The notes under the pieces: generated by a model
Told to the model about the DNA's origin: nothing
What the model saw: the letters and a program-made list of their open reading frames with translations, nothing else
Database searches by the model: none
Position numbers and translations under genes: made by a program
NCBI GenBank assembly: GCA_964016885.1
Contig: OZ024740.1
Coordinates: 220,410,001 to 220,474,000 of the forward strand
DNA: 64,000 nucleotides
Source: Eledone cirrhosa
Lineage: Eukaryota
Reading direction: 5' to 3'
Shown: in pieces, positions 12,326-24,751 of the stretch
Layout of the letters: each line of letters opens with the position of its first letter
Position numbering within the stretch: the stretch's first letter is position 1

Positions 12326-12958
12326 TCTATAGTCGTGTTTAACAGAAGTCTTTCGGTTCATTTGAATGACTACTCCATTGAGAGTTATACCGGGCAACTG
12401 CTAGTATAGTATATAATAAATAAAATCGTTAATTTATATATAATAAATAATTGTTTCTACTTTTGACACAAGGCCAGCAATTATCCCAGTGTATTACTGC
12501 TACTTTATTTTATCGACCCCGTAAGGATGAAAGGCAAAGTTAACCTCGGCGGGATTTGAACTCAGACTATAAAGGGGCGTGCTATAATAAATAATATAAT
12601 ATATATACTATCTATAAATAAATATTACATATTTTTTATTTTATTATATTTATATTAATAAGTATTATTTGATATTTAATATACTATTATATCATTTCTA
12701 CCCCCCACTGTCCCCTTAGGCCCCAGTGCCTCCCTCCAAGGACTTTCCCCACAGCCCCCAGGAAGCAGTAGCACCCACTTTGAGAACCTTTGATATAAAC
12801 CAAGCCAAAATTGAAACACCAGTGAGATGTTGTCATCAGACTGGACTGGTCTAGCCACAGAAATTGAAAACCTGTGTAACCCATGCAAGCATGGAAAATA
12901 GATGATGATTGATGATGAGAGAGAATTGATCCTCAAAAGAAGATCTAATAAAACTTAC

Positions 12959-13115
12959 CTGTTGCTGAGATTCTGATTCTTTTTTCATGGCACTATATAG
13001 ACAGGGCAAGATAATTGGGTTGTTGTTAGGACCTCTTGGATTATACCAGTCTTTGTCTGCACGACACAAACTCACTGCATCTTTATGACAATGATTGTAA
13101 ACCTGTTCATCTAGT
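12959..13115 (-). CDS. GLG1: GLG1 exon (LDEQVYNHCHKDAVSLC...ILPCLYSAMKKESESQQQ)
   Basis: Inside ORF 12851..13144; ttacag|...|gtaag; 157 nt, phase 2/0. Confidence 0.92.
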
Positions 13116-13389
13116 CTGTAATAAAATTTAGAATCAATTTTCAAAAATTATTTTTAGATTTATTTTTACCAAACTGAAAATATGCATAACTTAAAATTTA
13201 TTCCATCTTATGTATATATTTGTCATAGCAATAATCGATCCCCAAATTATTATCAATCGATTGAAACTATGCAATTTCACCTTGTCTGTAACTAATGGCA
13301 ACAGAATGTATTGCTCAATCTATTGATTTTTTGTGTGCCAGTGCCAGTTTTAGTATTTTATTGTCTAACACTGGGATCACAAGTTTATT

Positions 13390-13422
<33 letters not shown>

Positions 13423-13540
13423 GGTGAAAATAAGGTAAAAAAGATATTTTTATCATATTTGCTTTATTTACTTAGTCTGGAACAATGCTTCGCAAACTCA
13501 ACTAAACTGAAAAGAAATAAAAATAAAAATTTCTGCTCAC

Positions 13541-13642
13541 CTAAAATCTCTTGATATGAAATACTGAATTTCAATTAACCGTTCTTCACATTCATCAGTC
13601 ATTTTATCTGTTCCAAGTTTCTCCATCAGACAACTCATAATT
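13541..13642 (-). CDS. GLG1: GLG1 exon (IMSCLMEKLGTDKMTDECEERLIEIQYFISRDF)
   Basis: tttaag|...|gtgag; 102 nt, phase 2/2; LIEIQYFISRDF motif. Confidence 0.93.
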
Positions 13643-14049
13643 CTTAAATAAAGTAAAATGACATATCAAATTTATTATACTTTTTTATTTTTAAATGTCA
13701 AAAGCTTTCTATAAACCCTCTCCCTGTAATTTAAACTAACAAGCAACAACTTTCTGAAGCAATTTTTGTTTGTTTGCACATTATATAATATATAAAGAGA
13801 TGTCACCATGAAAGGACCTGTTATTTTTATCTAAAGACATTTTTTTCCAATTCTAACCTGCTCTTCCCTTCAACCTATCTTATTTCTCATTCTTTCTTCT
13901 GATGGACTACCATCCGAAACATTAAGACCCTCTTCTTGCTATTTCAAGCGTTAACTTAATATATTCCTTCCATATACTGTACCGATTGTGTTATTTCTGT
14001 TTACCTTTTACATATATATATATATATATTTATTAAAATAACAGATTAA

Positions 14050-14101
14050 AGTTTAAGCAAAGAAATCGTTGCTTTCACCCTTAACGGGATCTTCTGAAAC
14101 T
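14050..14101 (-). ncRNA. Decayed type I hammerhead motif (core CAGAAGA)
   Basis: Minus strand: agttt CAGAAGA t ccc gttaa ggg t GAAA gcaa cgatttct ttgc TT aaact; all three stems pair. Confidence 0.65.
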
Positions 14102-14125
14102 AACAAAGTCAATCTGTGAACGCAT

Positions 14126-14606
14126 ATCGACCAGATAGATCGACCAGATAGCTGCAGGTAGGCTGTACGTGTGGCAGCAAGACTCAGCGCCCTGCCATAC
14201 CAGCCGAAAGACCCAAGCCTGGCTGTCAGAGAACTTCGTCGACCACACTTCATCTGACATCTAGCCTCCCAGCTCGCTTGACTGCAACCCCCTCAACTTC
14301 TTTGTGTGGGGCGCAGTGAAACGAGACACCAACAGACCTAGCTGCAATATGAAAGACGATCTGAAGGCCAAGATCACAAGTGCCTTTAGGGGCCTAAGTC
14401 GGGGGACAGTGACGAAGGCCTGTAGCTGGTTCCGAGGCCGCCTTGAGGCCGTCATCAAAGCCAATGGTGGGTTTATCGAGTGAGATCGAAAGAACAAGTC
14501 ATGAAGACAAACTGACCCAAGTTTGATAAATATATCTTAAAAAATAAACTACTGTGTTACTTTTTCCTAGATAGTAATCTTGCGAACAAATATCGTCCGC
14601 ACCCTG
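14126..14606 (+). mobile_element. Tc1/mariner superfamily DD37D (maT-type) transposase 3' fragment with right TIR
   Basis: WQQDSAPCH...*PPSSLDCNPLN(D)FFVW...RLEAVIKANGGFIE*; 37 residues between the catalytic positions; ends gcaccctg|TA. Confidence 0.85.
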
Positions 14607-14608
14607 TA

Positions 14609-16368
14609 TCATCATCATCATCATCAGCATCATCATTTTATGTCCGCTCTTCCCTGCTTGCAAGGGTGGGGACGGGTCTTATTCAGCACAGCATCTCTCC
14701 ACTTGTCACGGTCCTTCGTCATCTCCACCGTGAGCTTCAGCGATCTGAGGTCTGTTCTTACCACCGCCGCCCATGTTTTTCGTGGTCTACCTCTACCACG
14801 TCTTCCTTCAACTGGCATTTCCTGGCACTTCTTCACCCATCGGGCATCCTCCATGCGCATCACATGTCCATACCACCTCAGTCTCCTCTCATTTTCATTT
14901 CATTTTACGTCCGCTTTTCCCTGCTTGCAAGAGTGGGACGAGAACTGATTCTGGCTTGATTTCTACAGCTGGATGCCCTTCCGAACACCAAGCTCATTTA
15001 CAGTGAGTGCTGGGTGCTTTTTTGCCGTGGCACCTCCACAACCACTTTGCAGTGGAATGATATGGACATTTCCAGGCCTCCTTTTTCTGATCATTCGTGA
15101 CACTAAGTACACTGGCATCATTCTGGACACATTTATCTCCAACAACATCCTGATTTGCATTGACACACTGCCTTGCAATGTGGAACACCGCACGCCTCTG
15201 ATCTTCCCGTCGCAGAACATTGGCAAACCTCCTACTCTCAGCCTCCCTGCGTGCTAAGTACACCTGACGTCTAGCTTCTCTCTTAGCGGCTGTATATCCT
15301 TCTCTACTTCCACCCTTTTTCCAAGCCTTCCATGCTAGTCTTTTGTCTCTAATAGCCTTATCTACTGTGCTGTTCTACCACCAGGTCACTCTCTGTCTGG
15401 TTGGAGCTCTGCTCCAGCCACAAGTTTCATCAGTAGCCTGCAGCAAGTTGTCACGTAAGAAATTCCAGTTATTATCTATGTCATACGTCTCTAAATCGTC
15501 TTCTTTTTCATCATATACATCTTGAAGGGCTTTCCTAAATTTGTATTTTAGTGAAAGGTCTTTTAGCTTCCAGACCTTTCTTCTCCACACCTTCCTATGT
15601 CTCATTCCATCTCTTGCTTACTGAGATATCACTAACAACTAACCTATGCTGTGGTGTACATTCTTCCCCAGGGTATGCCTTGGTATTAGGCACTATCTGC
15701 CTGTCCCGCTGCCTAACTAGTAAGAAGTCAATCTGGCTTATGTGCTCACCAGATTTGTAGGTTATTAGGTGATTGGCAGGTTTCTGGAAGTTTGTGTTGC
15801 AAATAGTCAATGTACCTGCATCACAAAATTCAAGAAGTCTCACTCCTTCTTCATTTCTTGAACCGTAACCGTGCCCACCATGTACCCCAGTGTAACCATC
15901 CTGGAGCTGTCCAACATGACCATTGAAGTCTCCTGCTAGCACAACGATGTCTCCGTCCTCTGTCATTGCGGTTGTTTGCAAAAGTTGCTCATAAAAGCAG
16001 TCTTTCTCATCTTTGCCTAGGCGTGCTTGGGGAGCATAGGCCGAGATGATTGTCAGTAGTCTCCTACCTACAACTAATCTAAGCTTAATTATTCGATTAC
16101 TAACTCGAACTACCTCTATTGTCTTATTGATCCATTTCTCAGCCAGGAAAATGCCTACTCCCCCTAACCCATCATCCTTACCTACCCAGAATAGCTTATA
16201 GCTAAGACGTTTGCCTACGACTAGTCTCGCAGAGGCACCTCTCCATCTCACCTCTTGCACGCAGCACACATCCACCTGCCTTCTCTCCAGCATCTCCGCT
16301 ATTTCAGCAGCTCTACCTCTGAGAGTGCCAACATTAAATGTTGCAACTTTGAGATGCGACGTCTTCAT
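14609..16368 (-). mobile_element. RTE-clade LINE with APE domain, RT core deleted, interrupted by a SINE fragment (14895-15058)
   Basis: ORF 15595..16368 (TFNVGTL, VQEVRW, AYAPQ, GDFNGHVG, QIDF); C-terminal GRGRPRKTW at 14633-14863; (GAT)n tail. Confidence 0.9.
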
Positions 16369-17529
16369 ATTTTGTTGTTGTTCCTATTTGTTGCTGTGCT
16401 GATAAGCGTTTTGGCATTGATACACTGGTTGGATGCCCTTCCTAACACCAGCGCCACTTTGCAGCATGGACTGGGTGCTTTTATTTGTGCCACCAGCACT
16501 AGAGAGGATGTCTTACTAGACTCAAGGGCCCTCTCTACCCCTCCATTTTACAGCATGGTCATAAAAATTTAAAAAAATTTCTAAAAAAATTTAAAAAATT
16601 AAAAAACTTATTGACACGACGCACACACACAAACACTCATGCATACAAACCACAACCACACACACGGCACTCACATACCAACACTCATTCATGCATACAC
16701 CACTCACAAACACACATATATATATATATATATATATTACCAGCAGTACTGATACAAATACAAAATCAAAATCAATATCATGTCAACTGTTGTCCTTTCC
16801 CAGTCCAGTTCAGCTTGTATATAATAATAATAATAATTGTTTGCTTTACGCTGGTAATGTCGGTGGTGGTGGTGAATGGTGTCAGTGTGGTGGTGGTGGA
16901 TGGTCAGTGATGGTGGTGGCAGTTGTTGGTGCTGTAGTTGTTATTGTAGTTGCTGCTGCTGTTGTTGTTTTCTTCATTTCACTGCTGCTGTTGCTGCAGA
17001 CAATGGTGTTGATGCTATTGCAGTCGCATATATATAAATACATACATACACACACATTCAACACAGACAATGGTGTTGTTGCCGTTGTTGTTGGTGGTGT
17101 TGGTGGTGTTATTGTTATTGTAGTTGTTGAAATCAGGTCGCATCCACTGAGATATACATATACACACAGATATATATATGTATATACACATACATACATC
17201 AAAAGAGTCAGCAGTATGTCAACAGGGAACAGAGAACAGGTCAGCCACCTTAGATAGAGTAATGAGTACTGTGGTGATGGTGGGGAGCGAGTGTAGACGT
17301 TATTGTTATTGTGGTGGCGGGGGGGTCAGTGAGATGTACAAGTTAAAAGTTCACTTGTCTCTTTTCCTCTCTCTTCAAAATTTTGAATTTATGGCCTTTT
17401 GCAATGGCGGACAAGTATATATAATACATATATATAAGAGAAGCAAAGAAAATTTGTTAATATTAAAAGTGTATATATTTCTTTAAATATGTAAAGTAAA
17501 TTATTAAAACTACTTTATACATGCATTAA

Positions 17530-17747
17530 CCCTTTAGCATTCACATTATTTTATATATACTATTGTATTTTCATGGTAAATGCTTTACCTCACATAATTA
17601 TCTCACATAATATCGAATCTATGAGATTTTGAAAGTAATTATTTTGAGAACAATACCTTAACATCAGTTTAAGCAACCAGTTACAGCCAGTTTCAACAGA
17701 AAGGTAGAGAATTCTGGCCAGTTTTGGCCGGTTTGAACATTAAAGGG
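17530..17747. mobile_element. piggyBac MITE
   Basis: TTAA|ccctttagcattca ... tgaacattaaaggg|TTAA. Confidence 0.85.
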
Positions 17748-18780
17748 TTAATGTATGTTAGCTGCTTCTAATATCTTTAGTATAGGTATACATTATACAT
17801 CTACCTCACTTCTATTTTAATTCCATCAACTATTAAACTTTACCTGTAAAAACCTAAGTCTATCAAGAATTAGGTGCAAAAAGATATGAAGGAGGAGTTA
17901 GAGATATAGTACAGAAAATAGCAAAAACACATTGAAGGAGGGCAAAACATTGAACAAAAGGATTCCATGATAGTGATGGAGGTGGAGTAGGGAGAGGAGG
18001 AGACAGAGGGATGACATTAAAGAATACATGAAGACCCATGCTCTCCGTCTAACCCATGCTAGCATAGAAGATAAACTTTAAACGATGATGATAATGAATC
18101 AGGAGTTACGAGACAAGACTGGACAAGAATGGCAATGGACAGGAAAGAAAGGAAGGGACCTAAAAAGGGATACGTCTAGTAGTGGTCTACTATATCTTAA
18201 AGAAGTAAACACCTCCTATAACAGTAACAACTATGTCATCTATCAATCTCTACAATAGGTATCATCATCATCATCGTTTAACGTATATATTCCACGCTAG
18301 CATGGGTTTAGACGGGAATTATCCCACTTGAGGCAAGATTGGTCGTCTCGCTCGTATAGGACTGTCTGGCAGGTTTTCTACGGCTGGATGCCCTTCTTAA
18401 CACCAACCACGTTTACAGTGTGGACTGGGAGGTTTTTACCATGTTACCTACACGGCCACATTACAGTGTGGACTGTGTGTTTTTTTTGTTGTGACACCTA
18501 CACAAACTCTTTTATGTAGGACTGGATGTTGTGGTACCATCATAACATTACAGAGAAAGGGGTGGTGTTGATGGAGTTGGGGGAGTGGGATGGGGGTGTA
18601 TATTTGATTAAGAGGTGCCTACTGACTGTAGGTTTCGCTTTGTATTTAGGCAAAGTATCAATATATCAATATCAGTTTCTGATCCCTCACAAAGGGACAG
18701 CCCATCCTACTCATGCTTGCATGGAAGATGGACATTAAACGATGATGATGATGAAATCCTAAATAAAACAGGTAACTTAC

Positions 18781-18902
18781 CTTGCATCACCTGGCTGGAT
18801 ATTTCTGCATGCAACATCAACAACAGGTTGACATGCTTTCTGTAGAGCACGGTCAATACGAAAATCTTGCCCAACATCAGCCTCATGTAAAAGGTTTGTT
18901 AA
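18781..18902 (-). CDS. GLG1: GLG1 exon (LTNLLHEADVGQDFRIDRALQKACQPVVDVACRNIQPGDAR)
   Basis: ttttag|...|gtaag; 122 nt, phase 0/2. Confidence 0.93.
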
Positions 18903-18949
18903 CTAAAATGTAATACAAATATATCAGCCTCATGTAAAAGGTTAGTTAA

Positions 18950-19134
18950 CCATTTAGTATTTACATTACTTATATTTACTGTTATATTTTCACATAATAT
19001 CAAAGCTATGAGATTTTGATATTTATTTTGAGAACAATATCTTAACATCAGTATGAGTGGCCAGTTACAGTCAGTTTGAACAGAAAGAGGTGGGACAATT
19101 CTGGCCGGATTCAGCCAGTTTAAATGCTAAAGGG
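18950..19134. mobile_element. piggyBac MITE inserted in a duplicated splice-acceptor unit
   Basis: TTAA|ccatttagtattta ... taaatgctaaaggg|TTAA. Confidence 0.85.
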
Positions 19135-19974
19135 TTAACTAAAACATAATGCAAATACATCAACCTCATGTAAAAAGTTAGTTAACTAAAATGTAATAAA
19201 AATACATCAATAATAATATAATCAAGCAATCTTTCGTAAACTGTCTATCTGGTTTAAAATAGGTACACCATAGCCCTGTGTTGGTTTCTCCAGAAAGGGT
19301 ATCTAATCATAAAACACTCTCACAAAAAGAATCTCATACCTATTTTCAGATAGAAAATGACCATAACCTTTTTGTTACAAACCCAACCAAAACTGGCTCT
19401 GGTTCTATGAAATAAAACCACCCATTTTAAATGTTTCTAATTTAAATTAAAATCTCCCAACATAATTTTATATAAGAACCTTACATTAAGATACTATCTT
19501 AGTAATGGAATAATTAATCATTTTAGTAAATCCATCAAAATTCTTGTTTTGCTATACACTTCTGCTTATTATTGCTATTTACACATCTTTCTGCATAAAT
19601 CACTGATGCTTTAGCCTGAGTTCTTTGAGAAGGCATTACCATCATTTTTGTCAAGTTGTACGTAATTTTTTTTTTTCTAGGTTTAATTGATGAACATTTT
19701 TTTTTAGTGAATTTTGTGGACACCCAGGGTTGGGGACTGCATGCATGGCAGGTTAAAGAAAGGAAATGGAGCGTATGTAATAATCATTGCAAGGTCAGCT
19801 CCTCTATGCAGATATTTGATCAGAGGGATGGTGACACAGACTAGTATAGTCATAATAGTCAATCAGCTTCATGTAATTAATGAGAGATCTTGATCTATTG
19901 ATGAACTACTTAAATTTTGTAAAATTTAAGATGAGTATAAAAAAAAAGGAAAATATTTTTGGAAAAAATCTTAC

Positions 19975-20216
19975 CTGAGTTTCACATTCCTGGCTGATGT
20001 GTTTTTTAAATTTAAGGCTACCCTTAAAATGTACCGGTCGTGATATTTCCATTAAACAATGTAATGTTTTCCCTTCTTTATTGCTGCCTCCACCACAATA
20101 CCTGTGGATTTCAACATCACAATTGATCACAATTTCAGGGGTAATCTGAAAATCTTCCATAATGGCTTTTCTCATATCGTCAACTTCTGCTGTACAATCC
20201 GATGACACAGGCATAG
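19975..20216 (-). CDS. GLG1: GLG1 exon (MPVSSDCTAEVDDMRKAIMEDFQITPEIVINC...SQECETQ)
   Basis: Overlaps ORF 19906..20214; caacag|...|gtaag; 242 nt, phase 1/0. Confidence 0.93.
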
Positions 20217-20291
20217 CTGTTGATAAGTTAAAACAGGTAATACAATGTCATTCATCTTAGAAATAATATAAAAAGAAAATTGTCATCTTAA

Positions 20292-20523
20292 CCTTTTCAT
20301 TACCATATTTCTAGCGAAAAACACTGATCTTCAAATAATTTAGAAAATAATCAAGAATTTCAAGAGATGTAATAATTTTCTCATTATTAATCTGGTATCT
20401 AGAGCACACTTTAGCAAAGGTTCTTACATAAAATGTCAGGATTTTTTAGAAAAATATAAGCACTAAAATAGTTCTGTATCATAACACCAGGGGCTGGTTT
20501 TAGGCAGTTTGGTATCAAAATGG
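20292..20523. mobile_element. Second TTAA-flanked MITE family; related copies near 31290-31530, 37825-38080, 49192-49442, 51328-51576, 53714-53941
   Basis: Shared ends cc(c)tttt..tacc / ggtatcaaaa.gg followed by TTAA; shared core attattaagctggtgtttgg. Confidence 0.65.
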
Positions 20524-21909
20524 TTAAGTATTTTCTTTAGTTTGTTTAGTCAGGGAGAGAAGGACAGTGTCCATGAATCTTTTCAGTGCCTCCAAGACTG
20601 GTAGAAGACAAAATGGTATTCTTAAACCGGAGACCTGACCCAAATGTTTGCAACAGAGTAGACTGCTAAAAATACTGAGATGATGGTGTTAAACCAGGTG
20701 ACGGATTAAGTCTAAGACCCATGTCATCCACAGTGGGATTTGAACTTAGAACACAAAGAGCTGGAACAAATACTGCAATGCACTCATCTGGTGGTCTAAC
20801 AATTCCCTTAATTCACCACTCTTGACAGGTACTTATTTTAATGACTCAGAGAGGAGTAATGTGCACACATGTAAGTATGTGTAAATTGACAAGATATTTC
20901 TGATAAATTGTTGTACTGAGCAAAAAGACCTTGCAGTATTTCTTCCATTTAAGTTACATGCCTTTATGTCAAGGTAAACTTAGCCATTCAATAAATAGAT
21001 ATCAGTAAAAGAAGTACCAGACAAAAATAGAATCAAGTAAAACTGTTTAAGGTGGTTCCCACTTCGTGGCCGCAGTGCAAAGACTAAAACCAATTAATGA
21101 ATAAATAAAAAAAGTTGGGAAATCAGATAACTGTAAGGAAGATGAAAATTGATAAATAAGTGGAAATTAAAAAGGTTAAAGTCTACCATAAGCCTGGAGA
21201 CTCATCAGGTAGGAGGTTATCCTGGTTTCATTGGCATTAAGCAACTGAGAATGTACAAGACACCAGTTTATTGTGGTTAATCCCTAGCAACTGCTAGTAC
21301 TCATTTTCAGCTGAGTTGATTGGAGCAATGTTAAATGAAGTATTTTGCTCAAGAATACAATGCACTACCCAGTCCAGAGATTGAACTCACAACAATATGA
21401 TCAATGAAATACAAGTCTCTGAAAAGTTATTTAACTATCAGGGTCCAGCAGTAATTTATAGGAAAAAGTTTGTCTGAAATATACTGAGGCAAAAGCTTTG
21501 CTAAAATCTATGGCAGTAGTTCCTAAAGAAGGTTCATAAAAAAATTAATAATCAGGAAAATTATTTTAAAGATTTTCTTTTTCTTTCATTTACCATAACC
21601 TGGTCACTACAATTAACAGTAGTTTTAAATTCAACGGAAAACTAAAACACCTATCTCCTTCAACCTAACTTATATTGTGTGTGTAAGAATTGTTAGGACC
21701 AGGTATTCCACTACTGAATGGTTTTTAACACAATGGAAATTCAATTCAAAAGAAGTAGGATAAGAGAGTACCTACACAATACATGGTACCCAGCAAAATT
21801 TGAACTTCTGATAAATAAGACAATAGCTGAATACTTTCAAAGAAAAAAGAATAGCTAAAAAGAAATAAAGTTTACACTATCAGTGATATCCTGTCTATTC
21901 TAATAATTA

Positions 21910-22302
21910 TTTATATATATAAAACTGAGGATGTCTGTGTGTGTGTGTGTGTGTGTGTGTGAGTGAGTGTGAATCCCTAAAACTCGAGAAGCACCCAACC
22001 GACTGTTTTCAAACTTGACACATGTAATACTTGTTTCAGGGAGTGTTCTGAGCAAAAAAAATTTCAAATTTTCAATGCCCTAGGGACCGCATTAGGCGAT
22101 TTAGCGATCTCTCTCTATAATTCTTAGTCTTTCTCTTTTTAGATAGATAGATACATACATATAATGTCGCGCCCTTATAATATCTGCCTGTATGTCTGGC
22201 TGTCTGCATTACGTCACTTCCCACAATTCCCTCTGCATCCAGAACGCGCCCTTATATCTGTCTGTATGTCTGCATTTCGTCACTTCCCTGAGGATGTCTG
22301 AC

Positions 22303-22372
<70 letters not shown>

Positions 22373-22966
22373 TTTGAATCCCTAAAACTCAAGAAGTACT
22401 CAACCGATTTTTTTCAAACTTTACATGTGTATTACTTATGTTCAGAGAGTGTTATGCACATAAAACATTCAACTTTTTGATCCCCTAAGGCTCGCATTAG
22501 GTGAAAAACTGCGTTTTTTTACATTTTTAGGGGTTTTTTGAAGCGTTACATCAGACCGATTTCCTTGAAATTGTAACTATGTATTAGTCAGTCTCTTCTT
22601 CATACCGTGAGCAAAGAAAATCCAACTTTTTTATGGCCTAGGGCCCACATTAGGTGAAAAACTTCATTTTTTCAGCTTTTTAGGGCTTTTTTGAGGTGTT
22701 ACATCTAGCTGATTTTCCCGAAATTTCAAGGCATATTATGCACATTAAGAAAATTCATTTTCTTGATCTCCTAGGGCCCGCATTAGGTGAAAACCTTCAT
22801 TTTTCCTGCTTCATCGAGGAAAATCTTAAAGATTATCCAACCATCAGAGTATTCGGTTTATTTTCTTTACATATTGTCCAGGCATGCAGTTTTTCCACAA
22901 TTAGGTCTGTTGGCGGCCCGCGTTCCAAAATACCTTATCCCATGCAACGCCGGGTACCACTTCTAG
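21910..22966 (+). mobile_element. Non-autonomous Helitron with (TG)n tracts and internal repeats
   Basis: 5' tttatatatataaaactgaggatgtctg; 3' hairpin atcccatgcaacgccgggt then CTAG|t; 5' module repeated at 22288. Confidence 0.8.
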
Positions 22967-23513
22967 TTTGAAATATAACTGAGTATCCAGGTTTTTAGAA
23001 TAGGCATCTAAGCAGCAACTATAAAGGCATCCAGCAATAGATACTGTTTCAAAAGGTCCTGTTCAATACATGCCAGCATGAAGAAAAAGCAGATGTTAAA
23101 ACAATGATAATGATGTTGATGAAGAATGGTGATGTAAAGGCGGTGATTTGACAGTCATTATGGGTGTCAGATTAGGCAGCAAATTGGCAGTTGTTAGAAC
23201 ATCGGATAGAGTGTTTCATCGTATTCGTTTCAGCTGAGTTCAAATCCCGTCAAGGTTAACTTTGACTTTCATCTTTTCGACGTTGATAAAAAAAAAAAGT
23301 ACCAGTTTAGTACTGAGGTCAATTCTATATCTCTGTCTCACTTCCTATCTTTCTCTGGAAGAAATCTGCTGTACTCAGGCCTAGAGAGGGATGGGTTCTG
23401 TCAAGATTAAAATGCCTAAGAAACGCTGTACATCAATATGGCGCCCCCACAACTCTACCAGGAGTTACGGAACCATACCATACCAAGGGTGTTAGATAAA
23501 AATGTTAAAAAAC

Positions 23514-23694
23514 CTTTTTTCAGAGCATTTTCCAAACACAGCATCACTGAAGCTCTTTGCACCACAGCAGATCCTTTAGAGTCTTTCAAGCAAGAATACT
23601 GTTCAATGTCATTATGGCATGCTGCAAAAAATCCTTTTTCAATTTTAATATCCTCTGCAATGAGTTGCTGACGTAATACAAGCTTTTGTCGACA
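23514..23694 (-). CDS. GLG1: GLG1 exon (CRQKLVLRQQLIAEDIKIEK...VMLCLENALKK)
   Basis: atttcag|TGTCGA...AAAAAAG|gttttt; 181 nt, phase 0/1 matches the next exon; an in-frame alternative donor lies 30 nt further (see findings). Confidence 0.85.
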
Positions 23695-24751
23695 CTGAAA
23701 TCAAAATAAAAGTTTTCAATTATAGTTACAAGTTTCAACATGTTAACAATTTCACCAAACTTTATTCGACAAGATGGTTAAAACTCCTGATTTTTTTTTC
23801 TTCCACTAGAATTACAAAAAATGTAAATTTTGATATGATGCCTTGCAGTATCTCTTTCAGCAACACTTCATTCTGAGTTTACCTGCAACATCACTGGTGC
23901 CAAGTTATATCTGCTGTTAACTTTCACTTAGACAATATTAGAGGCATAGAGAGGAGACTTGCATGCATGGGAAAATAGCTGGTTTTCCACAACAAAACTT
24001 GCCCAGGTCTGAACCTTGAAGTTCACAAGACATATGGAGGTTTCATTAGTGCCATTCCTCACCACTATACTTTTTATATAATTGCTTAAGTTAGAAGCAT
24101 TGACTTCTAGTTGATCTGGCATTCATCAGAAATTGAAGCGTAACTTTTGTATGTCACTTATAGTTATATATTTTCTCACAGAACAGTTTACATAAGTATA
24201 AAGAAGCTTCTATCCGTTTGGACAATAATCTAAAGAATAACTACATGTAGAAACACAAGTTTTATATTTTGAAGATTTCACATTGGTATGGTTAGGAACT
24301 TATGGAACTTCTGTTGGTTTTAACAATGAGTATTTCAGTTAATTTCACGAACAGCCTGCTCATAAAATTAACATGCAAGTGACTGTGCATTGCAGAGATA
24401 CAAGTACTCTTAACATATTTTTCAGGGCACAATGTGTGACAAGGCTGGCCCTTCAAATTACAGATACAGTTCATCAGACAAGCTTCCACAGTTTCTGCTT
24501 ACCAAATTCGACTCACAAGGCTTGAGTAAATGACACATGCCCAAGATAACACACAAGGGGATCAAACTCGGAAGCTTACAATTGCAAAGCAAGCTTCTTA
24601 ACAATTTGGCCACTATAATGACATCAACATAAAATTTCAGAAACTAGAATTAAACATCAGTCAAGTGAACAAGTGTAGTTTGTGAAAGGGATACACACAC
24701 CTACAATACATATTCATGTTAATTTTAAACTAAAGTCTAAATATAATTTAA

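Larger units (their letters stand above)
8719..12404 (+). mobile_element. Internally deleted Helitron
   Basis: 5' a|TCTATATATAAAA and 3' ccgggcaactgCTAG|t (A-T insertion, no TSD); contains a PIF1 helicase remnant. Confidence 0.85.
8605..12792. mobile_element. hAT-type non-autonomous element carrying a Helitron and a SINE
   Basis: TIR cagggattctcaaa / tttgagaacctttg; exact 8-bp TSD atataaac at 8597-8604 and 12793-12800. Confidence 0.85.

Noticed and set aside
16611-17486. Overlapping ORFs of 99-188 aa
   Set aside because: Translations of simple repeats (poly-V/T/YI) with no domain signal
24005-24133. Minus-strand CTGATGA atgcca...tggca ctaat GAAA cct...agg ttc hammerhead-like motif
   Set aside because: Extra bases between stem II and GAAA and at the cleavage site, and a poor stem I; may be a very old relic but cannot be supported
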